A stretch of DNA of 64,000 bases from Octopus sinensis (taxonomy: Eukaryota): assembly GCF_006345805.1 (NCBI RefSeq), contig NC_042999.1, forward strand, positions 106,392,001 to 106,456,000, in the 5' to 3' direction. Under the pieces are notes generated by a model. It saw only the letters and a program-made list of their open reading frames with translations, made no database searches and had not been told where the DNA came from. Positions 12,220-25,127 of the stretch are shown piece by piece; position 1 is the stretch's first letter, and every line of letters starts with the position of its first letter. Both the position numbers and the translations under genes were made by a program.

Positions 12220-12385
12220 ACTGGAATGATTCCATCAAGAAAACCTGCCTTCAATCATGAACATCAAATGTATTGACAATGTCAACATCGTTGCAGTTCT
12301 TGAACAGGCAACAGCTTTGAGGCTACCATCATAAAATAGTCACACAAGGTCATGCCCGCAACATGTAGAGTTCTAGACTGCTACG
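12220..12385 (+). mobile_element. degenerate RTE-clade LINE fragment (post-RT region)
   Basis: Frameshifted translation TCLQ/MNIKCIDNVNIVAVLEQA/EATIIK...GHAR..SRL resembles the RTE motif CLR.I.NIKW.D.V.N..VLE.A...IEA.....LRW.GHV.RM. Confidence 0.45.
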
Positions 12386-12844
12386 TCAGATCATCTACAG
12401 CGACTGTGTTTCTGTGAGCATGTGTATGTGTTTGTATGTGTGTGTGAGTGCATGTGTGTGTCTGTATGTGTGCCTGTATGTATGTGCATTGTGTTATTAT
12501 AAGTATCAAAAGGAGAGAGGAACAGAACATTTCCATATACACGTCTCTGTATATGTGTGTGCGTGTGTACATGGGTGTGTGGATGTGTGGGTGTTTATGG
12601 GTATCCATAAGTATTTGGAAGATTTTCATGTGATAACCATGTCTGACAACATTTAATGAAAGAACCTGTCATCGAATAACGCGTAGTTTCTAAATGAGTT
12701 TACAGATATCCATGCAACATAGCCACCATTGTTACAATTTATAAACATAACTTCGCTGAGTTTCTGAAAATATTCAATTTGCTGAAAGTAAAAAATATAC
12801 GTAAACGTATATATCGAGAAGTGCGTTATATATAGAGAGCTCTC

Positions 12845-13005
<161 letters not shown>

Positions 13006-14199
13006 CAATAAGTTATTTTAGTACAAAATACCATCGTTTTGGATAGTTAGAATTTCAATTATTCCATAGTAAATTGGTTCTCGATCATTTCGACGCTGTG
13101 GTGCACTGGCATAAAATAAAAATATGACTAGTACACTTCCCTCCTAAATTTAAGGGAAAACAAGTTGGAAAATTTAAAAAGTAAATAGAAACTTATTGTT
13201 TTCTTTGCCTATTGAGAATAACTGTGTATACCATCATTTGAATACGTTGCTTTTCAACAATCTGATGAATACTTATTACTAATATAAATTCATTCAATTA
13301 TATACTTACTTATAATCTGCGTTGCGCTTCATGATCAGTACTGCTACGCAAGTACTTAAACAACAGTGTACGCAAAAAATTGAGGTGGCTGGTAAAAGGG
13401 TATGAACCGAAAGTAATAAATTTTGAGCACTTTCTATGTTGTTTAAGTCTACCTTGCTTTTGCTGAGATGTATTGTCAAATTACATTTGCCCACACGCCA
13501 TAGGATATCATCCAAGCACATGAAGAACAATGATATTGCAACACATTTAATATTTAAATCCTGCTGTTGTGCACATATTCAAGTCTTGAAAATTTGGCGC
13601 GAATCATATTTTCAGAAGCATCATCAATGTTGCAGATCATATTTCATGACATATGACATTCTGATACCATCTTTTATAATTGTACTTTTACTTATATTTA
13701 TTGGGCTTTCATTCACTGCTCTGGTGGTGGTATTAAACTAGACGCTGAGTTAAAAAATTTTCACTAGATATTAATGTAAAATTTACTTATCTTTCGAATG
13801 TGTTCAGAAATGTTTTGAGTCATCTTATATATGCATGTATGTGTGTGTGTATGTATGAATGTATATAGATGTATATATATTTGTATGAATATATATATAC
13901 AAGAAGTATTGGTATCTAGAAGACCCAAAGAGTGGCGGTTAACACTGAGTAAATGCTATGGACAGACTGTAGTTAAACTCTTGTTTCGATAGTGATATGA
14001 ATGAGGAGTCTAATGTAGGTCTTGTATTAACATGCATATAAATACTAGACAAACCAAGATAACAAAGCCAAGGCTGAGAGGAGTTTTTAAAACATTTATA
14101 AGGAAGATTTCCTTATCAATGTCCTGAAAACTCTTTACAATCTTAGCTTTGTCATCTCATTTTATCTAATATATATATTACGCCATGATAGATCGTTAG

Positions 14200-14377
14200 C
14201 TCCTACACGCATTGTTTTTCTCTCCTTGTTTTTTTCTGTGTATCTTTCCGTCGAAGAGCGTAGGCTCGAAACGTAAAAGACTTGTTCTATTTCTATTCCT
14301 GAGCGACATACTAATACATTTGTTTTGTTTGTACTCCACCTGCCTTCGTCTTTTGTTTATTTTCGTAAACCTTCCCG

Positions 14378-14380
<3 letters not shown>
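14200..14380 (+). mobile_element. probable Penelope-type terminal fragment with a degenerate minimal hammerhead motif (14243-14280)
   Basis: TCTTT-CCGTCGAA-GAGC(gtag)GCTC-GAAACGTA-AAAGA: helix I, helix II and GAAACGT intact, CUGANGA core mutated. Followed by (TA)n. A related motif is at 39563. Confidence 0.5.
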
Positions 14381-14422
<42 letters not shown>

Positions 14423-14425
14423 ATA

Positions 14426-14872
14426 CAAATATTTTGTATTCATATAAATAATTATAAGAGGAGTTTGGCTATATGTCTCACCACGAATGAAAAATAGACG
14501 CCAAATGACACTATTACCACCATAAATTCTCCGAGAATAACACACCACATAATAGGCTAGCAAAAGAAAGAAAATGAATTAAAACCTTCGTTTAAGCGCG
14601 TACAGAGACACTCGTGAATTTATGCTATACAATACCGTCACTGATGAAACCAATAGGTAATATTTTTATATTTTAAGCTCGAAACAGGATCTTGTTCGAG
14701 ATTAACCGAAAATTTTAATTCATTTTCTTTTTTTTATTAGCCTATTATGTGACGTGGTATTCTCGGAGAATTTATGATAGAAATAGTGTCATTTGGCGTC
14801 TATTTTTCTATGCTTGGTGAAGCACATAGCCAAACCTTTGTTATAATTATGTATATAATTATAAAATATTTG
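14426..14872. mobile_element. MITE-like foldback with ~170-bp imperfect terminal inverted repeats
   Basis: 14426-14597 is a diverged reverse complement of 14700-14872 (e.g. aaaaatagacgccaaatgacactatt / aatagtgtcatttggcgtctattttt). TA on both sides (14424-25, 14873-74). Confidence 0.65.
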
Positions 14873-15266
14873 TAAAATTTACCTCTGAGGTCTTTATTTC
14901 CGATCTGGCCACCTGGTGAAAATCATTAATGATTTTTACCCTTTATTATAAATATCAAGGACTATGATTACGTAAGTAAAATCGTTAATGACGAAACCAG
15001 TCTTCGATTAATTCTGTATTTTGTATATTTTCATCTGTCTTACTCGCTTATGTTCTGGTGTTTTGCTGAATTTTTCTAGAGAACATTCTTTTCGTTGGGG
15101 ATAGATTGTAGATGGTCTTCTTCTAGCATATTCGATGTGCACTTAGTTGTCATCCTTTAATATACGCATGTATTATAATTTTTCTGAATGTTCATATTTT
15201 TCTATACGCTAGGCTACTGGTTTAAAATTGATGTTAATTACATTAATATTCAATTTATCGCCCTCA

Positions 15267-15343
<77 letters not shown>

Positions 15344-18300
15344 CAGCTTATTAATCAACTAAGAATGTTTCATGCTTGAACACTATATGCTTTCAGTTGT
15401 AACTTGATTTTAAAAATTTAATATACATACATTTCTTGTAGAGGCCACAGTACTGTAATATGCTGATCGTACTCATCATCAACTCTAAACACATTTAATT
15501 CAGTGTAATTATAATTTGTGGTAAACAGTCTTCATAAAATAAAGGCGCCTACTTTCTTTCCTTCTTTCGTTCAGCAAGGCCAAATATGTTTGTGTCATTC
15601 GTTTAACATGGCAGTACATGATATATTTCTAGGTGTCAAGATAATTCGATACTGATTGCACTGCCTGGAAACCATACAAAATAGTTTTGTTTTGTTTTAT
15701 GATTTCTTCTTTCCTAATTCATTGCATGTTCTTTTAACTTCGTCATGAATTTGAGAAGTTCACACATTTGGTTTTAATAAACGTGGAAGAGCTTTTTTAC
15801 GCAATTTGTGTTATAATTCGCTTTGTTAATTTGCATTCATTGATAGTTATTACCAACGTCCCAATGCTTCAGTGAAAATGATATACATCGATAATTAGAT
15901 AATTAAATAATTAAAAGCTATGTTTGTATTCTCTAATAAGATTGGCAGAAAATATATGATGCCTTGTGATGATCTTATAATTCTCATAGGAACATATCAT
16001 GTAGAAACTTTTGTCGAATTATCACCGTACTTGACGTAAAAAATGTAATAATTGTCATCGACTAACGCTATTTTTCACTCGTTGCATACTTAAATCTATT
16101 TTAAATTTTTTCTAGTTTTCCAGGCATTATATTTTCTAGAACCCATATGCTGAGAATATAAACTACGTGTCACGGTATTTTTTCATTTATAATTTGTTTG
16201 CTTGTAAGGACTAACGAATTCTCAGTTACTTCTTTTAACTGTGCCACTCAGGTATAGACATATATACTCCGGTGGGTAACTTTTTTATTTGAAGGGTGTT
16301 TAAACATGATAATTAGCATATCCCATCATTTGTATTTTTTATTCAATTAATTTTATATTTTTTTAAAGCATCATGTAACAAACAGAATTAACAATCATAA
16401 TTAAATCGATTGTTATTGAACGTTACACAGAAAATGCCATTTCACCATGTTCTTTGTGTTGAGAGAGTGCAAAATATTTAATGGAAAGAAAAACCGAAGG
16501 CAATTAAAATTAAATTATTCTGCAAGAAATGTCCATATTTCAATAAAAGAATAATTCTGAACTTCGCACAATTAATTTCATATGATATCTTATTTCGTTC
16601 GTATCAAGGCCATTAATGTTTAGGGGCTGGCAGCTAAGCAATTTTTATCTTTGGTTAAAACCTCCGTATGGTGATTTTCGAGGAGATATATGACTTTCAA
16701 AGAAGTCAAATTGGAGTAATCCTTGGAACTTGTATTGAATAAATTGGTTCATGATCTGGTAATTTTTCCTGTAAAACATGACGAGGTCTCTTATCCCACT
16801 CATTTGTTTCAGCGTCGATTAAAAGTAGATATTCAGGACGACGACTAAAACGCAGTACTCCATGTCAGGTAAGAGACCTTGTAATGTTATTTATGTCGCT
16901 TCGTTCTGACAGCATCACCTAAACAACATTGGTGCCAAGAAGCATCAGCCTTACTTTTGGATTAAAACAGCGTTGAGAGGTGAGACTTTCATGTATGTCC
17001 AGTTAATTATCTTCTTCCATATATTCTGCTCTGGCATGAACGCATACGTGCATAATTATGATCAAACTTTACCACTGGACGCCATAGAATATTCAATAAT
17101 TCAGCATTAGGAAATGAGTAAAATATATCTCTCTCGATTTTCCTGACTGACACTATTTTCTGTTTCTTGGACATAGTTATGCCTAAGCTGGACATAGGAA
17201 GGGCATGCAGTTACGAAGACCAAAGAATTATTTCCAGTAAAACGCAAGCAACTATTTCAAGCTTTAAAATAACTAAACAAAACTCTCGTTAATTTAATTA
17301 TGTTTCTTCCTTGCATAAAGATTACGTTTTAATGCGACATATCATTAAACCAAAGCATATACATTGCTTAAGATATCCGATTCTCTCCCAAATGTTCCTA
17401 GCAAAGAAAATCACTTAGCGGTGCATAATGTTTTAGAATTTTTTTAATTCATGTAATGTGGATAATATGACAAGAAGTGAAATAAAACATCCCAACATGA
17501 TGAAAGCGATTTTTATTTAGTTATTATGTAGACCGAATTCAACGTTTCATTTTCATTTAACATGGAGAATAATATAATTTTATTTCTAAACACGTTACTT
17601 CACTAATGTAACAAGATATTTTAATGGAAAAATGGTTCTGTATCAAATAGAAAAATATATCGCCTAAAATTAAAGTCTTTCTGTAATATAAATTTTTAAC
17701 TTTTTAAACTTTTATAACTTCACATATTATATGGAATCCATCCCACAAGAACATTATAAGCCTGATGTATACATTCTACCATTCCCAAACTAAATCCTTT
17801 TATTATTAGACAATCATTTTACTATTAACCACAGGTGGTGTATATATATATATATATGTTAGTTTACTATTTTTTCCTTGTTATTTTTATTATTATATAG
17901 CATTTTTATTGTTATTGCTGTTGCTGTTTCTGGAGTAGTTATTGTTATGTTTATTAATTAATCATTTATCCATTTAAGAAAATACTCACCATTATTTAAA
18001 TGTATTTTATGGGGAGATATTCAAACCAACTGATTATTCGACTAAACTTCATTCTAGATGCCTTACAGGCTAGGATCCCTGATATGATTCTGGATATAAT
18101 GGAAAACCCAGTCTAAACAGTATTCCTAGCGCATCACAATCGTATCACGAAATGTATATGCTATAACAGTGAAGACATTGCGAATATTGAAGAAAAATAT
18201 TTTAAAAATTATAATGAATTTCTTACATCTTTCGCCAAAGAAATTCTACTATAAAAGAATACATTTATATATGTATATTTTAAATCGTAAGGACTTTAAA

Positions 18301-18899
18301 ATGATCGTGTATTTGCATAAAATATATTTGCATAAAATATGATTTTTTTTTGTCTTAAATAGGCTGATATCAATAAGAAGTAATCCTATATAAAGGGACA
18401 TGCTAAACAATATATTCAGTTTCAAATAAATGAAGGCTATAGGGATGTCTTCTGATGGGGTTTTACATCAAATGGGAAATTTATTTCGTTTCTTTTTAAT
18501 AAATTCATTTTACCTGCAAGAATTTGGAATTAATATAAGAAAATTTGTATATATATCTTCAAATTTGCAATACGGTTATTTATCATATACATGAGAAAGC
18601 GCATATATTAAACAACTTTGTTCTATGTTATCAAAAGCATGACACATTCAAATTATACACCAGCATATAGTTATTCATATCGTACATAATATAAAGCTTA
18701 AGTCGCATGAGTCATGTTTTATGGAATGGCTTATCAACATTTTGGCAAAATCCAAACACGAAAAATTGTTGGCTATGATCAGGGTAGATAAAATGTGAAC
18801 TCAATGTTACAGAGGACCAAGCATATGACTGAAAACTAGACAAATCTATTGTACACATTTACGATCACCTCTATCGTAGTCCTGTTTATATGGTTTGCT

Positions 18900-19530
18900 G
18901 CACTGCCTGGAGTCTTTATGTTTCCTTATATAAAGATAAGTCCAGTCATTATTAGGGTGATTGTTTCAATGACCATCTTTTCGAATATCCGCAAATATCG
19001 TCTGACCTCAGGAGAACTGTGGCGCACCAGTTTGACACCTGTGCTACTATACTCTATGTTTTTGACTATAATCAATGTCTGGATGTGAGTAGCCAACTGG
19101 CCATATTTCCTCCGATGAATTTAAACACCTGGCCATATGTATACACTACTCTACTTCCTTTGATTTCATCAAACACACCAATGGGAAATGTGCGTTTATT
19201 ATTCATTTTCTTTCCTTGACATTTTGTTCTTTGAAAGCCTACCTATGCGCTCGCCGCTGGTTTATGCTATATGTACTGCCAGCTTATCATATAAGTCACG
19301 ATACTTTGTAATTGAATTATACTAAATCCTCATCAATTTCTTCTATTATATCATTTCTCTTGGCCTTTGTCCCTTACATGAAACGTCTCATTCATTTTAT
19401 CTCTCATTATGTGCATTTATCTCCAGTTCCATGTTCTCCTAACTTTTAACATGAACTTCCATTTCACTTCAACAAGCCATTACTTGATTCCTCTGTCGAA
19501 GGTTCTGCAGCCGAAATGTTGACTAGCTGG
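18900..19530 (+). mobile_element. very degenerate Penelope-like relic ending in a hammerhead-like motif
   Basis: FIKHTN, SFLDI and KPT remnants in shifting frames. CTGTCGA-A-GGTT(ctgc)AGCC-GAAATGTT at 19493-19520. Confidence 0.35.
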
Positions 19531-20794
19531 CTCCTCAGAGTAACCATTTGTAGGATGTTATGTAACACTGCTACATTAAAATTTTTCTTAAACGTGATGT
19601 TTTCTGGGTATCATTCTATATATTTTGCTTGTGAATAAGTTTCATTCAACTAGCTTTCAAATCATGGTTATTCTATCTTTTTTATGGGCATAATATATTT
19701 AAGAATACATTTTCCACGATATGATTCCTTTATTTAATACGGTAGCTGCGAAGATAAGGCAGTCTAGTGACAACGTGGAAGCGCGTTATTTGCTGGCAAA
19801 GATTCCTCCTTCACTGCACTTGGTGTGTGTGTGGTCATATTGTGCAGTGACCACATAAAAAGATCAGCCATATAATAAAAGCAAGCTCGGAAAATTAAAA
19901 CCACCTCCACGGGTGGGGATCCCTAATTGTTGCAGTAGCAAACAGCAACTACCATTGTACGTTGTTATTACCATAAACTATCATTTCTCTAATGAATAAT
20001 TGTTACTGTAAACGATGAGACATCTAAAACATTTTAACTCTACGACATGACAAAAATCGTTCTAGGCGAGCATAAACATATAGACACAAATATGTCTGAA
20101 ACATCAATAACTTCATTATCTCCTAGCACTATTCTGCGACACTAATAAAAATCCAGTGGAATAATAGTGATGTCATGGGAGCAGTCAGAATAATGAATTT
20201 TTATTGAAATATTGTGAACAATGGCGATACTGCAGTATATGCAGGGTGGCACATAGCCCTAATACGATGAATATTTCTATGAGAGAGTCATGGGAATGAC
20301 TCACTCATTCAGCATCTTTTACTTGGTGAACATTGAAATATATGGGTCAAATTTCTCCTGAACGACATGGCAATCGACCCACATGCAACGTAACATTTTC
20401 GACCGAGTTAGCCGTGATCTACGCAACAAATTGTGCATATTACTTTGCAATAAATATGTGAAATTGCGTCGCTCTTTTGGATGTTTTACTTAAATGGATC
20501 TACATGTATGTGATTTTAAAAAATTCCTTGAATGCTGTGTCACAGTGTTTTTATTTATGTAGTATTCCATCTCATTTCATGTTACAAAAGGTCTCAATTA
20601 AATATGCTTTCTTGTCATATATGCATTTAAATAATTTCCAAATACTTACACAGAACGTTCAACTATTTAAAATGTCTGCATATATGTGTGTGCTTGTGTT
20701 AGTTCGTGTACGGAGCACTCGAACACACATAGATACAGAATAACATATACATCATAATTCAGTTGAATGAATTCTCTTTCATATTATATTTTTT

Positions 20795-20915
20795 ATTGAT
20801 TTCAAACAATGGTCCAAGTTCACAAAATTTGGGGGTGAGCAGAGTCAATTAAATCGGCTCCAGTATAGCTTGATCTTTAATTCATGAATCCCGCAAGGAT
20901 GCACGTTAAACTTAT
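20795..20915 (-). mobile_element. degenerate 3' fragment of SINE family 2
   Basis: aaaatttgggggtgagcagagtcaattaaatcggctccagtata...atcccgcaaggatg resembles the family-2 tail. Confidence 0.4.
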
Positions 20916-21796
20916 TACAGTGCCCAAGGCCTTGAATAGGAATAGACAGACAATAGGGATTTTCGTGAGAAGATTTCTTAACCACAGAATCAATGATTGA
21001 CATTTTAGCTCATAGTTTAATAACTTGAAGTTGAATAGTCATTGAGGGTTAGGCAGCACAAACTCATCTAATATACATAAAATAGTAAATTAGAAATCTT
21101 CTTAATGTGATTATTTGAGTTCATGTTATCACACTTGAGGGATTTATGTAACCATGAAATTTTGAATGGACATAAATGTATCCTTTAAATTGACAATCTT
21201 TTATATATTATCTATTATTAGCATTAGGCCAACGCTTCTAAATAAATCATATAAGATGAATAGAATATTTAATGGTGTGAGATCCATAATTGCATATACT
21301 CCCGAAATCTCTATATATTCTCATTGAATTTCTTATAAATTACTTAATTTCCCAATATAACAGAAATAACTTTTGCCACATTAACTTAACAGAGAATATA
21401 ACAAGCTGGTTGGTAGTCTGAAGGCAAATTTTCTCAAGCTATTGACATAAGTATGTTGTGTAAGTGAAGGAAATGAAAACAATTTAGCTGTCTTAGCATA
21501 TAGACAGATTTATTCAAGGATCTGATGTCCTTGGCAGCTGCTAACGTCTAGTTCTTAAATTAATTTCGTTGAGGCAAGTAAATACCAACTATATTAAAAT
21601 CCAAATATATGCGATGATATATAGAGATATAATGTGAGTAAAATACAGCTGATCACCAAAGTCCCACTTCTTAAGCATCAAAACTGCATTTCGAGACATG
21701 TAAAACTACCTTACCTTGAAATAAGTGATTTTCAAAAGTTGTTAGTCATCACATAGTAGAGTTTAAATATTCCAACTCATTTCTTATCCCCACCTA

Positions 21797-21840
21797 CACA
21801 CACACACACAACACACACACACACGCGCACACACACACAC

Positions 21841-21897
<57 letters not shown>
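21797..21897. repeat. (CA)n microsatellite
   Basis: Direct reading. Confidence 0.95.
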
Positions 21898-22944
21898 CAG
21901 AAAATAAGAAGTACCATCTTAGAGGTTTTGCCTGTTATATAAACTTTTAACAGGGACCGAAGTTTCTTGAACGGAAACAGAAAAAAATTAATATTTTTTC
22001 TTCTGTTCAAGGCGTTTCATTTTATTGATATTGTGACAGTCATACTATTTCAATTAGTCGGCGTTTGTGTGTCAGTTATTTTAGAGGGTGCTACACCATT
22101 AGGAGAAATACAGTACGTATATAAAATATTACAAGCGTTGCCTTAAAAAGTACGAAACTAGAATTGAAAAATGCGCACGCTCAAAAGAATTACACAATGT
22201 CATAATAAACCTTAGAAAGCATGGCACTAGCATCGTTGCACTAAAATATTGGAATGCTTTATGTTGTACATTTTGTGGCATCTTTTTTATCACAGGAAAT
22301 TTGCTTAGTTCATTGAAATTAAGTTATATTCAAAAATCAAGTTAAATTATCGCATACTCAATTTTAACAATACAATTGCGTATAAATACTAATGTCATCT
22401 TAACGCAATAATTCAATATATGAATAACTTTATGAATTCACAAGTAATCAATCAAAAATAATTTAGTAATTTGTTTAATTCGCATAACTATTCCATAAAA
22501 TTGTGTATCATAATGCAAATTATCTTTGCTTATAATTTCCGTTTCGTGCTTTCGCTGTTATATAGATTCCACTTCATCAGAAATACAGTTTATTTTTCAT
22601 TAATATGGTACTTTGCATGTAGTGTGAAATATGTTTTTTACATATTTTGGTATGAAGAGTATTATAATGAATTTAATTATTTTTTTATATTAAGAAGGCG
22701 GTTTAATAATCATCGTAACATCGTAATTCACACACGAGCCTCATTTCGTTTTATGAACCCACAGAATACACAATATATAGTGATTCCAATATTTTTGCAC
22801 AACAATGCTAGTCCCATACTACTTGAGGTTTATTATGACATGCTGTAACCCTTTTGAGCGTGCGCATTTTTCAATTCTATATATATGTATGTATGTATAT
22901 ATATGTATATATATATATGGAGGGCAAAGGAAAGTGATTGCGTC

Positions 22945-23756
22945 TCTCATAGCCTCTCCTCTCCAGGTGTAATGATCGCTACAGAACTTCTACTTGGCTG
23001 CGCCTTGTGGAAAGTTCTTGCTTATGGCCTCTCCTGCGCTACTGTGTCCACAGCAGCACCTTCACGCGGTACCCCCTGTTCTCACTGAGCCTGCTGTGTG
23101 GCGCGACCGGGTGCTTGGCGGTATAACCAGGTGGGCAGACTGGGCTCGTTAGCCTTGGTTGGCAGCCAGTCTAGGAGAAGGAAAACTCTGACTCCAAACC
23201 CTCGCTCCGCTGCCTTGCGGATGCTCTTGGGAGAGGGAAATGCTATGGGAGTAAACCCAGACAGAAAATCCGGAGTGGAGCCCCGAAGGCGGTAGGGTGT
23301 CGAATGTCGACCCTTTTCCGGCAACTCCTGCAGCCAGCCAGACTCCAAACGTACTGCACTGCATTCCTTTGGATTATGTCTGGGGAGCCAAGAGGGAGAT
23401 TCTGGTGTCTGGGCAGCCCAGTGTCTTCGTTCCTACCGCCCAGGCTTGCGCCATGGAGAAACTACTCCATCGATGGAACAAGCTGAGATGGCAGTTACGA
23501 GTTTTAAGCCAGGGTGAATTGGCGTAATCCCAGGCGCTACGGGTCGTCTCTAACGGTGGGAGGGATCATTGAAACAACTGCAGCAACACCCCACACGTAC
23601 CCATCGAGGTTCGTGTGCAGCAACTGTACCAAGGACTGCCACTCTAGAATTGGACTGTTCAGTCACAGCAGACGCTGCTCATCATCAAAGTAGGCCCCAC
23701 CCTTGGCGCGACCCATTGTCTAATCAAGACAGACGGGAGAGAAGGAGAAGGAAGAA

Positions 23757-23760
<4 letters not shown>
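22945..23760 (+). mobile_element. internally deleted (bipartite) RTE-clade non-autonomous retroelement
   Basis: GC-rich 5' part contains ggcagccagtctaggagaaggaaaactctgactccaaacc, which I recognise as RTE/BovB-like 5' UTR. It joins at ~23567 to the RTE C-terminal motif SRFVCSNCTKDCHSRIGLFSHSRRC* (23601-23693) and a short 3' UTR ending in GGAGAAGGAAGAAGGA then (TA)n. Confidence 0.8.
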
Positions 23761-23838
<78 letters not shown>

Positions 23839-23871
23839 AGTTAAACGCAGGTGTTATTCAAATTCTTTTAA

Positions 23872-23953
23872 TTCCGACACATGCTTCGAAGATATTGGTA
23901 TTATTCCAAAAGATTAAAATGGTGTAAAACAATGTTACCTTATCTTCGGGGAA
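23872..23953 (-). ncRNA. degenerate type I hammerhead ribozyme with extended helix II
   Basis: Minus: TTCC-CCGAAGA-[long imperfect stem]-GAAGC-atgt-GTC-GGAA. Helix I TTCC/GGAA and the GUC site are intact; the core has two substitutions (U4>C, A15.1>G). Confidence 0.5.
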
Positions 23954-24129
23954 ATGAAGAAATAAAAATCGTCAATAAGGCATTTTAACAGAATATGTTG
24001 GATATGTAAAGTGATGAACTGAACGCTATTAAGTTTCTTTTTAAAAAAAAACGTTAGATGATATAACGTTAAAGGTACCCTGTAGAAAGAGGAGGGTGTA
24101 AAGGAAAGCGAGAAACTCAAATGCATCCA

Positions 24130-24240
24130 GACATACACACTCACAAACACACACATACACATATATATGACGAGCTTTTTTCAGTTTCTGACTACCAGAT
24201 CCACTCACAAGCTTTTGGTTGGCCCGTGGCTATGCAGCAG
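24130..24240 (-). mobile_element. fragment of SINE family 1
   Basis: gacgagcttttttcagtttctgactaccagatccactcacaagcttttggttggcccg matches 265-330. Confidence 0.6.
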
Positions 24241-24364
24241 ACTCAAACTCGAACGACATAGTTGGGAATATATTTTAATTTCACTTAAGCATTGCGTGAC
24301 AAATAAGGTATTGTAGAATCCAGTATACGTACGTTTCAGAACGAATATACAGCGGCAATACGTA

Positions 24365-24580
24365 AGAGAGATGACAAAGAAATAAAAGACTATCTTGTTC
24401 ACTTCATTAGCTTGCAGTTGTCTCTGCTTGAGGTTGAGTGCCTGTATAACACCTTTTAGCTTCATATTCGAGCCTCCGATGTAGCTATAAGGTGTTATTC
24501 AGGCACTCAACCATGAGTCCACTACACCTTATAGCAGAAGCAGCTGTAAGCTAATGAATTGCCTTCTTTGTCATCTCTCT
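24365..24580. repeat. ~216-bp imperfect foldback (three nested stems)
   Basis: 24365-24381 pairs with 24564-24580, 24403-24429 with 24533-24558, and 24432-24465 with 24479-24512, around a 13-nt loop. Confidence 0.85.
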
Positions 24581-24608
24581 CTCTCTCTCTCTCTCTCTCC
24601 CTCTCTCT

Positions 24609-24654
<46 letters not shown>

Positions 24655-24656
<2 letters not shown>

Positions 24657-24896
24657 AATATTAGGGAATAAATCCAAATTTACAGGGTAAAAATCAGATT
24701 TAGGATTAAATCCCATTTTATAGTAAAATATTATAAAATATTATTAGAGACAAAACCACTATTTTGCAAAACAAACAAGGAAAGACTTAATCAATACATA
24801 AAATTTTAATAAATAGTCAAAAAAACCGCCACTACAATCGTTTCTTGTCTTGATCGACAATCTTCAGGTGGACTTCCAATAAGTCAGTTTCAAATT
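24655..24896 (-). mobile_element. probable Penelope-type terminal repeat segment carrying a hammerhead ribozyme
   Basis: Abuts (TA)n at its 3' side and contains the hammerhead at 24829-24871. 24732-24896 is repeated inverted at 25060-25224. Confidence 0.6.
24829..24871 (-). ncRNA. minimal type I hammerhead ribozyme
   Basis: CCAC-CTGAAGA-TTGTC(gatcaa)GACAA-GAAA-C(gatt)GT-A-GTGG: complete core, 5-bp helix II, 4-bp helix I, GUA cleavage triplet. Confidence 0.75.
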
Positions 24897-25001
24897 CGAG
24901 CCTCCGATGTAGCTATAAGGTGTTATTCAGGCACTCAACCATGAGTCCACTACACCTTATAGCAGAAGCAGCTGTAAGCTAATGAATTGCCTTCTTTGTC
25001 A

Positions 25002-25037
<36 letters not shown>

Positions 25038-25060
25038 CTCCCTCTCTCTCCCTATATATA
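24894..25060 (+). repeat. near-perfect direct duplicate of 24466-~24620
   Basis: attcgagcctccgatgtagct...ccttctttgtcat(ct)n..cctata identical apart from microsatellite length. Confidence 0.9.
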
Positions 25061-25084
25061 ATTTGAAACTGACTTATTGGAAGT

Positions 25085-25127
25085 CCACCTGAAGATTGTC
25101 GATCAAGACAAGAAACGATTGTAGTGG
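25085..25127 (+). ncRNA. minimal type I hammerhead ribozyme (inverted twin of 24829-24871)
   Basis: CCAC 25085-88, CTGAAGA 25089-95, helix II 25096-25111, GAAA 25112-15, GTA 25121-23, GTGG 25124-27. Confidence 0.75.

Noticed and set aside
13310-13388. Minus-strand segment with a perfect GTAAGT donor and GRIP-like HLNFLRTLLFKYL reading
   Set aside because: That frame ends in TAA immediately before the donor; the alternative frame has no support.
16550-17250. Non-repetitive stretch with a WLKPPYG word similar to the Penelope WFNPPY motif
   Set aside because: A single short match with no supporting neighbouring motifs.
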